A stretch of DNA of 62,520 nt, from NCBI GenBank assembly GCA_902493835.1, contig CABURG010000001.1:1-62520 (forward strand), in the 5' to 3' direction. Position 1 is the stretch's first letter; every line of letters begins with the position of its first letter. The DNA comes from an uncultured Collinsella sp. (GTDB taxonomy: Bacteria; Actinomycetota; Coriobacteriia; Coriobacteriales; Coriobacteriaceae). Both the position numbers and the translations under genes were made by a program. Below the pieces are notes generated by a model that did no database searches, had not been told where the DNA came from, and saw only the letters and a list, made by a program, of their open reading frames with translations. Of the stretch, positions 39,023-49,473 are shown in pieces.

Positions 39023-39451
39023 TTAGGCCATCTTATTGAGCATGTCGACACGGATCTGGTGACGGCCGCCGGCGTACTGGGCGCGCAGGAACTCGCGGGC
39101 GATCTTCTTGGCGACCTCGGTGCCCACAACGCCCGGGCCCATGGTGACCATACGCGAACCGTTGTGCTCGCGGGTCATGTAGGCGGAACGCTCGTCGGAA
39201 ATGTTGGCAACGACCATGCCCTTGATCTTGACGGCGGCCATATAGGAGCCGACGCCGTACTTATCGAATGCGAAGCCCTGGGAATCCTTGTGCTCCAGCA
39301 GGTCCTTGGCAACGGCGGTCGCGGAATCGACAAAGTCCGCGGCAGGGGTCTCGGAATAGTCGACGACCTCGTGACCGTCGGCGATGAGCATCTCCTTGAT
39401 GGACTCCTTCATCGACATACCGTCGGCATCGGAAGCGATTACAACCCTCAT
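39023..39451 (-). CDS. lacA: Galactose-6-phosphate isomerase subunit A
   Basis: SDERSAYMTREHN, GGRHQIRVDMLNKM. Confidence 0.97.
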   Translation of the reverse strand: MRVVIASDADGMSMKESIKEMLIADGHEVVDYSETPAADFVDSATAVAKDLLEHKDSQGFAFDKYGVGSYMAAVKIKGMVVANISDERSAYMTREHNGSRMVTMGPGVVGTEVAKKIAREFLRAQYAGGRHQIRVDMLNKMA

Positions 39452-39546
39452 GACATCCTCCTTGAGAGATACGCAGGTGCGTAGTTTCTGTTTGGAAGTG
39501 TTGAATCGCGTTCAGGTCCGGGCATCTGAATGTGCGGTTCTTCACT

Positions 39547-39620
39547 GTTCATGTTTATTTGAACACATTCGAACATCAACTGCAAGAATTATTTGTTTAT
39601 CTTTGTTCTTTTTTGAACAA
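39547..39620. promoter_or_regulatory. TGTTC...GAACA repeats upstream of lacA, candidate DeoR/LacR operators
   Basis: TGTTCATGTTTATTTGAACA and TTGTTCTTTTTTGAACAA; similar GAACA repeats upstream of lacF. Confidence 0.45.
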
Positions 39621-39758
39621 ATACCGTTTACGGATGATTGCTGGCCGTTTGGGCCCGGCGCGGACGTAGCGACCATGTGTTCAACAAACAAAAGGGCGGC
39701 CGAGAACGTGTCTCGGCCGCCCTTCTTGCGGCTGATCTTCCAAAGATCGCGTTGCCGC

Positions 39759-40790
39759 CTACTCAACCTGCCCGCTCTTCTTGGCATGTTTGGACGGAGC
39801 GCTCAGGAAACGACCCGTCAGATAGTTCGCGGGACCGGAAACATCGATCCCCAGCAGTACGTGTCCCAGCCACAGAAACGCCACGAGCACCAGCAGCGGG
39901 ATAACGCACGAAGTCACGATCATCACGATGACGCCTTCAATCAGATCGGTCACCTGCTGCACGATCTCATCGGTCATCTGCTTGGCGCCGCTGGTCACCG
40001 ACGTAACAAGGCTCGAGGCCCCATCAGTCAACTGCTCGAGCACGTTTTTGGACTCCGTGGCCTCGGATTTTTTCTTGTTCGATTTTGAGCTGGTCTCGGC
40101 TGACTTGTCCGTGGTGTCGGCCGCATCCGCAGCGTCCGCAGCCTTTTGCTCAGCTTGCTCAATACTTACGCGATACGTTTCATCGACCTTCTGCGACACC
40201 CATACGCTCGCGGGCACGAGCGCCATGCCGATCACGGCAACCACCAGCACGCGCGTCGCCACACGGCGCAGGACAGCGCTCGTGCTCCAGCGCCCGTGAA
40301 TGCCGAGCGACACCGCAAAGAGCACCAACGCAAACGGGATTAAGATGCCCAAGCCAACCGACCACAAAATGGTCAGCAGGTATTTCTCGAGGTAGAGCAC
40401 GGCAAGCACGATGCCCAAGTTACCCGAAAGCTGCGCGAGCTGCTCGGCAACCGGCGTTCCCGTATCGCCCGGCAGTGCAGTGATACCCGCAGATAGGGCG
40501 ACGCACGAGGTCGTGAGCGCCAAAACATTGCCCTTCTTTTGATCGATGACCTCGATGGTGGAGTCCCAAGTCTTGGTATCGGCAAAATGCGGACGAGCCA
40601 CAAAGCCCGACAGTAGCGCCAGCACCACGAGCGCAACGATAAAGCCAATCTGCAGCTTTTTGTTTGCGCACACGACATCGGACAGGCTGGGCTGCAGCTC
40701 GGTTACCGTCGTATGCTCGGTTATCTGGACAGGACGCCCATGGGCCATCTCATGCGCGTCTCTTTTTTGTATTGACCCGTTATCCGGCAT
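39759..40790 (-). CDS. Hypothetical membrane protein
   Basis: Several TM segments and a low-complexity A/D/S/K loop; start uncertain. Confidence 0.75.
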   Translation of the reverse strand: MPDNGSIQKRDAHEMAHGRPVQITEHTTVTELQPSLSDVVCANKKLQIGFIVALVVLALLSGFVARPHFADTKTWDSTIEVIDQKKGNVLALTTSCVALSAGITALPGDTGTPVAEQLAQLSGNLGIVLAVLYLEKYLLTILWSVGLGILIPFALVLFAVSLGIHGRWSTSAVLRRVATRVLVVAVIGMALVPASVWVSQKVDETYRVSIEQAEQKAADAADAADTTDKSAETSSKSNKKKSEATESKNVLEQLTDGASSLVTSVTSGAKQMTDEIVQQVTDLIEGVIVMIVTSCVIPLLVLVAFLWLGHVLLGIDVSGPANYLTGRFLSAPSKHAKKSGQVE

Positions 40791-40882
40791 TTGGATACCT
40801 CCTCAGTCCGGCGTTTAATGCGAAAGGAAGTATACCCACCGAGCAAAAATCGAACGGGAGGACAACGGTGCGCACCAAGACT

Positions 40883-40923
40883 GTCCCCAATGACTAGTCG
40901 TTTAAGAACGTCCCCAATGACTA
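40883..40923 (-). repeat. REP-like module (GTCCCCAATGACTA twice)
   Basis: Reverse complement of the module starting at 36208. Confidence 0.75.
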
Positions 40924-41014
40924 TCTCGAGATGAGTTGCGGGGAGGAGGACAGAAAAAGCCCTGCTGCGGGTGGCGGCAGAGCTTTTGGAAGGGGACTTG
41001 GTTGTGAGGGCTCG

Positions 41015-41353
41015 TTAGGCGAGCTTGGCCTCGAGCTCGGCGATGCGCTTGTAGGCATCGATGGTAAAGCGGGCCTGCTTCTCCAGGATCATAGTGGTCA
41101 TGAGGGTGTCCTGAGCGTGAGCCATGATGAAGGTCATCTCCATCTCGCCACCGCCGGCCTCCTGCGAAAGCAGCTTGGTCTGCGTGTCGTGGGCACCGAT
41201 GAGCGCATCGCTGGCATCCTTGTGCAGCTGCTCGGCCTTCTCAAAGTCACCCTCGCGAGCAGCATCGAGCGCTGCAAGCAGATCGGTCTGGGCGTCACCT
41301 GCGTATGCGACAATCTCGAATCCAACCATCGAGATTTCTTCTTTGGTTGCCAT
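41015..41353 (-). CDS. lacF: PTS lactose-specific EIIA
   Basis: GFEIVAYAGDA, AHDTQTKLL.QEA.G, MAHAQDTLMTT (phospho-His). Confidence 0.95.
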   Translation of the reverse strand: MATKEEISMVGFEIVAYAGDAQTDLLAALDAAREGDFEKAEQLHKDASDALIGAHDTQTKLLSQEAGGGEMEMTFIMAHAQDTLMTTMILEKQARFTIDAYKRIAELEAKLA

Positions 41354-41567
41354 GTTGCGTTCCTTTCACATATGAACCAATGGAGAGCATCGCGTCCGGG
41401 CATACGCGCTGCGTTGTGTATGACAGAAACAATAACATTCAAACAAAAAAGAACAGCGCAAAACGTAATTTCAAGCTATGAACGGTCAATTTTTGCCCGT
41501 GAACGGTTTTTAAACCAATCTGAACAATATCGAACACAGTTAGCGGCAACCCAAACAGACCCGCGCC

Positions 41568-42572
41568 CTAGCGTACATCGCGTACCGTATCGCCCTCGAC
41601 GAGCACGCCCGGAAACAGCACGTGCTCCACACCGGGTTCAACGCCCTCGGCGCCGGCAATCTTGTCAACCGCCCACATGCCGACGCGCTTGTTGTCAAAG
41701 CGCACCGTAGTCAGGCGACAATCGGGCACGATGTCGCCCAGACTGTCATCAACACCCACCACGCTCACATCCTCGGGCACGTGCTTTCCGCGCGACTCGA
41801 GCCCGCGAATGCAGCCATATGCCATGGCATCGTTGGAGGCATAGATGGCAGTACAGGTCGGATCATCCGCCAGAGCCTGGCCTGCGGCATATCCGCTCTG
41901 TGCCGTCCAGTCGCCGCGCACGAGCTGCGGGGGCTCAATGCCATGCGCGCGCAATGTCTCGCGCCAGCCTTCCTCGCGCCGCATGCCTGAAAGCGAGCGC
42001 TCGGGGCATGAGATAAAGTGCACAGTCTTGTGCCCCCGCCCCAGCAAGTACTCGACCACCTGGCGCGAACAATCGAACTGGTCGTTATCGACCGTTGAAC
42101 AGAGCGGGTGCTCCAACATCGTAACGAGCACCGTCTGCATACCGGGCAGCGGCTCGAAGGTTCCAAAGTCCGCCGGCATGCGGTTCATAATCACAACCAT
42201 GCCATCCACCGGCAGTGCGCTCATGCGCGACGATGCGCTCTCGAGGGTATACGGATGCCCGTCTACTTTAGTGAGGGTGATGGCATAGCCATGTTTGTCG
42301 GCCGCGGCGGCAAAGCCCTCCATACGGTCAAGGTTACCGGTACCGGTAATGTTGAACATGGCGACGCCGACGGTCTTAAACTTGCCACGGCGCAGCGATC
42401 GACCGGCAAAATTGGGGCGATACCCCAGCTCGCGCATGGCGGCACGCACGCGTTCCTTGGTCTCGGGGCGCACGCTGGGCGAATCGTGCACGGTGCGCGA
42501 GACCGTCTGCTCCGAGACGCCCGCGAGACGCGCCACATCCTTAACGGATACCGATTTTTTAACAGCGGCCAT
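41568..42572 (-). CDS. LacI family regulator 2
   Basis: SVKDVARLAGVSEQTVSRT HTH. Confidence 0.93.
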   Translation of the reverse strand: MAAVKKSVSVKDVARLAGVSEQTVSRTVHDSPSVRPETKERVRAAMRELGYRPNFAGRSLRRGKFKTVGVAMFNITGTGNLDRMEGFAAAADKHGYAITLTKVDGHPYTLESASSRMSALPVDGMVVIMNRMPADFGTFEPLPGMQTVLVTMLEHPLCSTVDNDQFDCSRQVVEYLLGRGHKTVHFISCPERSLSGMRREEGWRETLRAHGIEPPQLVRGDWTAQSGYAAGQALADDPTCTAIYASNDAMAYGCIRGLESRGKHVPEDVSVVGVDDSLGDIVPDCRLTTVRFDNKRVGMWAVDKIAGAEGVEPGVEHVLFPGVLVEGDTVRDVR

Positions 42573-42586
42573 AGGTCGATCTTTCT

Positions 42587-42867
42587 ATGTCAACGATGCC
42601 ATTGGTGGCACCTTGCGCAGTCATTTTTACCGCCTTCAAGTATATCCAACGCCTCCCCCACCATACGCTCACCACCCAAAACCTACCGTTCACCGACATT
42701 TTTGCTTCCCCGAACGGCTTTTGTCGCCCAAATGTTAACGTTGCCATTGTGCAAGCACAGAGCCACCGGGCGGCTCAAACGTTTACGCATAAGGAATCGA
42801 CGGTTCGCAGGCACAGGAACCACCGGTTCGCGTCTTTTTTTGTGTCTCAAAATGGCAACGTCAACAT
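42587..42867. promoter_or_regulatory. Three LacI-type operators, consensus ATGTTAACGTTGCCAT
   Basis: Copies at 42587, 42732, 42852 (inverted). Confidence 0.78.
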
Positions 42868-42929
42868 TTTGGCAACCGAACGTCAAAAGCTACCATCGTT
42901 GCTAACCCACCGACTCTTAGGAGCATTGC

Positions 42930-44708
42930 ATGGAGCAACTCATCGCCATCATCGAAAAGGGCCAGCCCTTTTTCAACGCGATCGCCCGCAACAAGTACCT
43001 CAAGGCGATCCGCGACGGCTTTATCTCCGTCATCCCCATCATCATCTTCTCGTCCATCTTCTGCCTGGTAGCCTCGGTCCCCAACATCTGGGGTTTCTAC
43101 TGGCCCGATGACATCAACAACGCCCTGTGGAAGTGCTACAACTACTCCATGGGCATCCTGGCCATCGCCTGCGCCGCCACCACGGCCAAGCACTTCGCCG
43201 ACGCTCAGAACCGCGATCTGCCCAAGAACAACCAGATCAACTTCATCTCGTGCATGTGCGCGGCCATCATCGGCTTTCTGCTCCTTTCGAGCGACACCAT
43301 CGCCACGGACGCTGCCAGTGGTTTCAACACCACCTACCTTGGTTCCAAGGGCCTGCTGACCGCTTTCATCGCTGCGTTTGTGACCGGCATCATCTACAAG
43401 TTCTTCATTAAGCGCAACATCACCGTCAAGATGCCCGAGCAGGTTCCGCCCAACATCTCGCAGACCTTTAAGGACATCATCCCCTTCTCCGTCTGCATCA
43501 CCGTCTTTTGGGTTTTTGACATCGTCTTCCGCGCTGCTTTTGGCTTCTGCTTTGCCCAAGGTGTCATCCAGGTGTTCCAGCCCCTGTTCACCGCTGCCGA
43601 TGGCTACATCGGCCTCGCTGTGATCTACGGCGCCATGAGCCTCTTCTGGTTCGTGGGCGTCCACGGCCCCTCGATCGTCGAGCCCGCCATCGCCGCCGCT
43701 CTCGTTGCCAACATGACCGACAACCTGGCTGCGTTCCAGGCCGGCCAGCACGCTTCCGCTGTCCTGACCCAGGGTGCCCAGTACTTCGTCGTCTGCATGG
43801 GCGGCACCGGCGCCACGCTCGTCCTGGTCTTTATGTTCTGCTTCCTGGCCAAGTCCCAGGAGATGCGCGCCGTCGGTAAGGCAGCTATCGTCCCCGTGTG
43901 CTTTGCCGTCAACGAGCCGCTGCTGTTCGCCGCGCCCATCGTGCTCAACCCCGTCTTCTTTGTCCCGTTTGTCTTTGCCCCGATCGCCAACATCTGGATC
44001 CTCAAGATCTTTATCGACTTCTTGGGCATGAACGGCTTTATGTACACCCTGCCCTGGACCGTCCCCGGCCCCATCGGCACCATCATGGGCCTGGGCTTCC
44101 AGCCGCTCGCCTTTGTGATGCTCGCCCTTATCCTGGTCGTCGACTTCGTTCTGTACTATCCGTTCTTCCGTGCCTATGACGCCCAGAAGTGCGCCGAGGA
44201 GGCCGAGATCTCCCAGGAGGAGCTCGCCGCCAAGAACGCCGAGAAGGCCGCCAAGCTCAACGACGCCTTCCAGGGCAAGGCCGATGCCAAGAGCGTTGCC
44301 GCCGGTGCTGCTGCCGAGGCCGTGAAGTCCGACGTCGCTCCCGCCGCTCCCGCCGCGGTCGCCACTGAGGCAACGACCGCCAGTGACCTCAACGGCAAGC
44401 GCGTGCTCGTGCTCTGCCAGGGTGGCGGAACCTCAGGCCTGCTCGCCAACGCGCTGGCCAAGGCCGCCAAGGAGCGCGGCATCAATCTTGAGACCGCTGC
44501 CGAGGCCTATGGCAACCACGTTGACATGCTCCCCGACTTTGACCTGGTCGTCCTGGCCCCGCAGGCCGCAAGCTACCTGGCCGACCTGCAGAAGGACTGC
44601 GAGCGCGTGGGCAACAAATGCGTCGCCTGCCGCGGTAAGCAGTACATCGAGCTCTCCCAGAACGGCGACAAGTCTCTCGCCTTCGTAAGCGAGCAACTCT
44701 CGAAGTAA
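42930..44708 (+). CDS. lacE: PTS lactose-family EIICB, copy 1
   Basis: IEKGQPFF..IARNKYL.AIRDGF, GVHGPSIVEP, VNEP, EIIB VLCQGGGTSGLLANAL. Confidence 0.93.
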   Translation: MEQLIAIIEKGQPFFNAIARNKYLKAIRDGFISVIPIIIFSSIFCLVASVPNIWGFYWPDDINNALWKCYNYSMGILAIACAATTAKHFADAQNRDLPKNNQINFISCMCAAIIGFLLLSSDTIATDAASGFNTTYLGSKGLLTAFIAAFVTGIIYKFFIKRNITVKMPEQVPPNISQTFKDIIPFSVCITVFWVFDIVFRAAFGFCFAQGVIQVFQPLFTAADGYIGLAVIYGAMSLFWFVGVHGPSIVEPAIAAALVANMTDNLAAFQAGQHASAVLTQGAQYFVVCMGGTGATLVLVFMFCFLAKSQEMRAVGKAAIVPVCFAVNEPLLFAAPIVLNPVFFVPFVFAPIANIWILKIFIDFLGMNGFMYTLPWTVPGPIGTIMGLGFQPLAFVMLALILVVDFVLYYPFFRAYDAQKCAEEAEISQEELAAKNAEKAAKLNDAFQGKADAKSVAAGAAAEAVKSDVAPAAPAAVATEATTASDLNGKRVLVLCQGGGTSGLLANALAKAAKERGINLETAAEAYGNHVDMLPDFDLVVLAPQAASYLADLQKDCERVGNKCVACRGKQYIELSQNGDKSLAFVSEQLSK

Positions 44709-44774
44709 GTAACGCTCAGGGCCAGCCGACCATCCAAGACCGGCTGGCCCTTCGATTTAGACGATTGGATCATC

Positions 44775-46214
44775 ATGTCCGTTAACCCCGCTAGCGTCAC
44801 CAACCCGCCCGCGCAGTTTCCCGAGGACTTTGTCTTTGGCGGCGCCACTGCTGCCTACCAGGTAGAGGGCGAGACCCGCACCCACGGTAAGGGCAAGGTT
44901 GCCTGGGACGACTTCTTGGAGGCCCAGGGGCGCTTTTCCCCCGATCCCGCTTCGGACTTCTACAACCAGTACCCCGTCGATCTGGAGCTGTGCGAGGAGT
45001 TTGGCATCAACGGCATCCGTCTCTCCATTGCCTGGAGCCGCATCTTTCCCAACGGGACCGGCGAGATCAACCCCGAGGGTGTGCAGTTCTACCACGACCT
45101 CTTCGCCGAGTGCCACAAGCACCACGTTGAGCCGTTTGTCACGCTGCATCACTTCGACACGCCGCTCCCCCTCTTTGAGAAGGGCGATTTCCTCAACCGC
45201 GAGACCATCGATGCCTTTGTGGACTTTGCCACTTTCTGCTTTAAGGAGTACGCCGACCAGGTGACCTACTGGTTCACCTTTAACGAGATCTGGGCCGATG
45301 CCTCCAACACCTACATCGAGGGCACCTTCCCCGGCGGCGTCAAGGCGCATCTTGCCGAGGCCTTCCAGTGCGAGCACAACATGATGCTCGCCCACGCCAA
45401 GGCAGTACTGGCCTTCCACAACGGCGGTTTTAAGGGCAAGATTGGCGTCATTCAGTCGCTGGAGTTCAAGTATCCGCTCAACGAGAACGACCCTGCCGAC
45501 ATCAAGGCCGCCAACAACGAGCACGTGCTGCAAAACCAGTTCTTGCTCGACGCCACCTTCCGCGGCGAGTATGCCCCCGACACCCTCGAGTGCGCCAACC
45601 GCCTGGCTGCCGTCTCGGGCGGCACCATCGAGATCCTAGACGAGGATCTGGAAATCATGCGCGAGGCCGCGCTCTACAACGACTACCTGGGCGTTAACAA
45701 CTACCAGTGCCGCTTCTTGAAGGCTTACGACGGCGAGAACGACCTGCACCACAACGGTACGGGCAAGAAGGGCACTGGCCGTTGGCGCGTCAAGGGTATT
45801 GGCGAGCATGTGAACAAGCCTGGCATCCCCACCACCGACTGGGACTGGATCATCTATCCCGAGGGTTTGTTCGACCTGCTCGTCTACATTAAGCAGCGCT
45901 ACCCCAACTACAAGCAGATCTTCATCACCGAGAACGGCATGGGCTACAAGGACCCCTACAAGGACGGTTTTGTGGACGACCAGCCGCGCATCGACTACAT
46001 CGAGCAGCACCTGCGCTGGTTGCTTAAGGCCATGGAGGTGGGCGTCAACGTGGGCGGCTACTTCCTGTGGAGCCTGCAGGATCAGTTCTCCTGGACCAAT
46101 GGCTACAACAAGCGTTACGGCTTCTTCTACGTTGACTTTGAAACCCAGAAACGCACGCCCAAGGCAAGCGCATACTGGTATAAGCACGTAGCGCAGACCC
46201 GTCGTCTGGACTAG
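44775..46214 (+). CDS. lacG: 6-phospho-beta-galactosidase (GH1), copy 1
   Basis: GGATAAYQ, TFNE, ITENG, FSWTNGYNKRYG. Confidence 0.92.
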   Translation: MSVNPASVTNPPAQFPEDFVFGGATAAYQVEGETRTHGKGKVAWDDFLEAQGRFSPDPASDFYNQYPVDLELCEEFGINGIRLSIAWSRIFPNGTGEINPEGVQFYHDLFAECHKHHVEPFVTLHHFDTPLPLFEKGDFLNRETIDAFVDFATFCFKEYADQVTYWFTFNEIWADASNTYIEGTFPGGVKAHLAEAFQCEHNMMLAHAKAVLAFHNGGFKGKIGVIQSLEFKYPLNENDPADIKAANNEHVLQNQFLLDATFRGEYAPDTLECANRLAAVSGGTIEILDEDLEIMREAALYNDYLGVNNYQCRFLKAYDGENDLHHNGTGKKGTGRWRVKGIGEHVNKPGIPTTDWDWIIYPEGLFDLLVYIKQRYPNYKQIFITENGMGYKDPYKDGFVDDQPRIDYIEQHLRWLLKAMEVGVNVGGYFLWSLQDQFSWTNGYNKRYGFFYVDFETQKRTPKASAYWYKHVAQTRRLD

Positions 46215-46259
46215 CGGCTGGCGGGGTCGCCTGCCCACATAACCTGTCCCCATTTCTCA

Positions 46260-46303
46260 GCCGGGGGCGGCACGTCACACGGCGCGCCGCCCCCGGCCTT
46301 TTT
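46260..46303 (+). terminator. Terminator after lacG1
   Basis: GCCGGGGGCGGC/GCCGCCCCCGGC stem plus TTTTT. Confidence 0.8.
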
Positions 46304-46318
46304 GTGCAGGTCGGAAGC

Positions 46319-46466
46319 CGTTTGTCTCGATCTGTAACATCTAGCCGAGTATTTCGGCCCCAGCTGTTACAAATTGAGATGAACAGGATTGCTCTTTCCG
46401 AAGAATCTAAATCTGTAACACGTAGCCCGCTTTTGACCGTCTACCTGTTACAGATCGAGACAAACG
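46319..46466. repeat. REPIN-like cluster 1 (2 units)
   Basis: TCTCRATCTGTAACA-~25 nt-TGTTACAGATYGAGA units. Confidence 0.88.
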
Positions 46467-46475
46467 GAGTAGGAC

Positions 46476-47504
46476 CTAACCCCGTATGTCCCTAACAGTC
46501 GAGCGTTCGACCAGCGTACTCGGCACATGAATCGCCTCGATAGACGAGCTCTCTCCAATCGCCGCCTCAAACGCAAGCTTACCGACACCGCGCAAATCAA
46601 ATCGCAGCGTCGTCAGCCGATTGTGAGGAACAAGTCCCTCGAGTGCGTCGTCGATACCAACCACGCTCACGTCGTCGGGCACGGACAGGCCCGCGTTCTC
46701 GAGCGCGGCGATAACACCCAGCGCCATCTGGTCATTTGCCGCAAGCACGGCAGTCGGCGCCTGCGACCCGCCGGCAAGCACCTCGGCGGCAATCCGCTCG
46801 CCCATGGCGTACCCACTGTCCGCACTCCAATCGCCACGCAGTATCGGAGCGGCATCGACATGAGCACGACCCAGCGTATCGCGCCAACCGGCCTCACGAA
46901 AACGCGAGGAAATCGAGCTTTCCGGACCCGCCACAAACCGCATATTCGAGTGACCATGTTCCAGCAGATAATTGGTCAACAGCTCGCACGAACCATACTG
47001 GTCGGAGTCGATCGTCGTGCAGCGCGGATGCGCATACATGGACAGGATGACCGTTCGCACTCCCGGCTGGGGAACAAACTCCTCGAAATCGGGAGCCATG
47101 CGGTTCATGTTGAGAATCATGCCGTCGACGGGTCGCTCGACCATGCGGCGCGAGGCATCGGCAAGTGTATAGGGCTTGTCGCCGCCCATCTCGATCATAG
47201 TGACGGCAAAATCGTGCTCGCGCGCCGCTTGCATGATACCCTCGAGCGTCGCCAGGTTACCGACACGTGTGATGTTGTACATGCACAGGCCAATAGAACG
47301 ATACGATCCGCCGCGCAACGCCGCTCCAGCAAAATTGGGACGAAAGCCCAGCTCTTCCATGGCGGCCAGCACACGCTTGCGCGTCTTTTCCGTCACGTTG
47401 GGCATACCGTTGACCACGCGAGACACAGTCTGGCGGCTCACGCCAGCGAGCGCCGCAACCTCTGCCGCGCTCGCCGAACGACCATTCCTTGTCTGCTGAG
47501 CCAT
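46476..47504 (-). CDS. LacI family regulator 3
   Basis: SAAEVAALAGVSRQTVSRV HTH. Confidence 0.93.
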   Translation of the reverse strand: MAQQTRNGRSASAAEVAALAGVSRQTVSRVVNGMPNVTEKTRKRVLAAMEELGFRPNFAGAALRGGSYRSIGLCMYNITRVGNLATLEGIMQAAREHDFAVTMIEMGGDKPYTLADASRRMVERPVDGMILNMNRMAPDFEEFVPQPGVRTVILSMYAHPRCTTIDSDQYGSCELLTNYLLEHGHSNMRFVAGPESSISSRFREAGWRDTLGRAHVDAAPILRGDWSADSGYAMGERIAAEVLAGGSQAPTAVLAANDQMALGVIAALENAGLSVPDDVSVVGIDDALEGLVPHNRLTTLRFDLRGVGKLAFEAAIGESSSIEAIHVPSTLVERSTVRDIRG

Positions 47505-47564
47505 GCCTTCCACGCTAACCTGCTTCCCAACTATTCCCCGCGCCCATGGCGCATCGTACATACA

Positions 47565-47734
47565 TTGATAACGTGCTCATGATACCCGAGCCATATACCA
47601 CAACATGAAAACTTCTGTCAATCAAAACCGCTTACCGAACAAATACAACCGTTCGCGGCTGTTTGAAGTTGTTTTGTTTCTATACATCCCAGCAGGATGT
47701 TAACGTGCTCATTGTCAAATGTTCACGTGCTCAT
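47565..47734. promoter_or_regulatory. Three LacI-type operators, consensus ATGTTAACGTGCTCAT
   Basis: Copies at 47565, 47697, 47719. Confidence 0.8.
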
Positions 47735-47854
47735 TTTGGTTCTAATCATTTTAAGATAGTGTTTATCGGGCTTTTTCACCGCTGAACGCTAACCAGGGAG
47801 CCTCCTGAGCGCAAACGCACAATATCGAACAGTGAGACGAGAGGGTGTATACAT

Positions 47855-49297
47855 ATGTCTTTGCTAAACCGCGTACAGCAGCTGCCGAAGGGCTTTGTTT
47901 GGGGCGCCGCAACCGCCGCGTACCAAACGGAAGGTTCCACGAAGGTGGCAGGCAAGGGTAAGACCATGTGGGACGATTACCTTGTCGCCCAGGGTCGCTT
48001 TTTGCCCGACCCGGCCAGTGATTTCTACAACCGCTACGAGGAGGATATCCGCCTTTCTGCCGAGCATGGACTCAACGCCATCCGTGTGTCCATCGCCTGG
48101 ACCCGCATCTTCCCCAACGGCGACGATGCCGAGCCCCTCGCCGAGGGCGTTAAGCACTACCACGAGCTGTTCGCCTGCTGCAAAAAGTATGGCGTCGAGC
48201 CCTATGTGTCCCTGCATCACTTTGACTCCCCCGCCGCCCTGTTCAACCAGGGCGACTGGCTCAACCGCAAGACCGTCGACGCCTATGTGCGCTATGCCGA
48301 GTTCTGCTTCCGCGAGTTCCGCGAGGTCAAGAATTGGTTCACCATCAACGAGCTCATCAGCCTCTCGCACTCCCAATACATCCAAGGCAACTTCCCGCCC
48401 AACCATCACTTTGATGTGACGAGCGGCATCCAGAGCCAGCACAACGAGCTCGTTGCCCACGCCCGCGCCGTCAACCTGTATAAGGATCTTGACGAGACCG
48501 AGCACCTGGGCGGACGCATTGGCATGGTCAACGTCCTGACGCCGGCATATCCTGCCACCGACTCGCCCGCCGACCAGCACGCCGCCGACCTGTACAACGC
48601 CTTCTACACCGACTTCATCATGGACGGCGCCTTCCTGGGCCACTACTCCGCGCGCACCCTCTCACTCATCAACGAGATTCTGCGTGCCAACAACGCCACA
48701 CTTACGGTTGAGGACAGCGACATGGAGGAGCTCGCCAAGGCGGCGCCCCGCAACGATATGTTCGGCCTCAACTACTATCAGTCGGCGTTTATCGCCGCCT
48801 ACGATGGCGAGTCCACCAACAGCTTTAACGGCACCGGAGACAAGGGCACCTCGTGCTTTAAGTTTAAGGGCGTCGGGCAGCAGGTCGATATGCCGGGTAT
48901 CCCCACCACCGACTGGGATTGGCTCATCTACCCGCAAGGCCTCTACGACACGCTCAAGCGCATCAGCGCCACCTATCCCAACCTCCCCGTCATCTATATC
49001 ACCGAAAACGGCCTGGGCCACAAGGACCCCGAGCCCGACGCAAACGGCATCGTCGCCGATCCCGAGCGCATCGACTTTGTCGACCAGCACATGGAGAAGG
49101 TGCTCCAGGCGCGCGCCGAGGGCGTCGACGTCCAGGGCTACTTTATCTGGAGCCTGCAGGACCAGTTCTCGTGGGCCAATGGCTATAACAAGCGCTACGG
49201 CCTGTTCTACATCGACTTCGACACGCAAAAACGCTACATCAAGCAGTCGGCACTCTGGTACAAGGAGCTCGCCGACACCATGGCGGACGCGCAGTAG
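47855..49297 (+). CDS. lacG: 6-phospho-beta-galactosidase (GH1), copy 2
   Basis: GAATAAYQ, TINE, ITENG, FSWANGYNKRYG. Confidence 0.9.
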   Translation: MSLLNRVQQLPKGFVWGAATAAYQTEGSTKVAGKGKTMWDDYLVAQGRFLPDPASDFYNRYEEDIRLSAEHGLNAIRVSIAWTRIFPNGDDAEPLAEGVKHYHELFACCKKYGVEPYVSLHHFDSPAALFNQGDWLNRKTVDAYVRYAEFCFREFREVKNWFTINELISLSHSQYIQGNFPPNHHFDVTSGIQSQHNELVAHARAVNLYKDLDETEHLGGRIGMVNVLTPAYPATDSPADQHAADLYNAFYTDFIMDGAFLGHYSARTLSLINEILRANNATLTVEDSDMEELAKAAPRNDMFGLNYYQSAFIAAYDGESTNSFNGTGDKGTSCFKFKGVGQQVDMPGIPTTDWDWLIYPQGLYDTLKRISATYPNLPVIYITENGLGHKDPEPDANGIVADPERIDFVDQHMEKVLQARAEGVDVQGYFIWSLQDQFSWANGYNKRYGLFYIDFDTQKRYIKQSALWYKELADTMADAQ

Positions 49298-49473
49298 CGC
49301 ATCGCCTCGCTTTCTCCCGAGAGGGGAGCGGCCCTATGCGATACAAACCCAGCCGCTCCCCTCTCTCCCCCTGGGACCGACCCCGCCTGCACCCGGGCTT
49401 TTAGCAAGCGGGAGACCATATAGGTTTTCAATGTCCATGCCATTAAGATTTCATGCAAAGAGGAGCGTGAACT

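Noticed and set aside
44215..44390. Ala/Pro/Glu-rich low-complexity stretches in EIICB genes
   Set aside because: Ordinary flexible EIIC-EIIB linkers.
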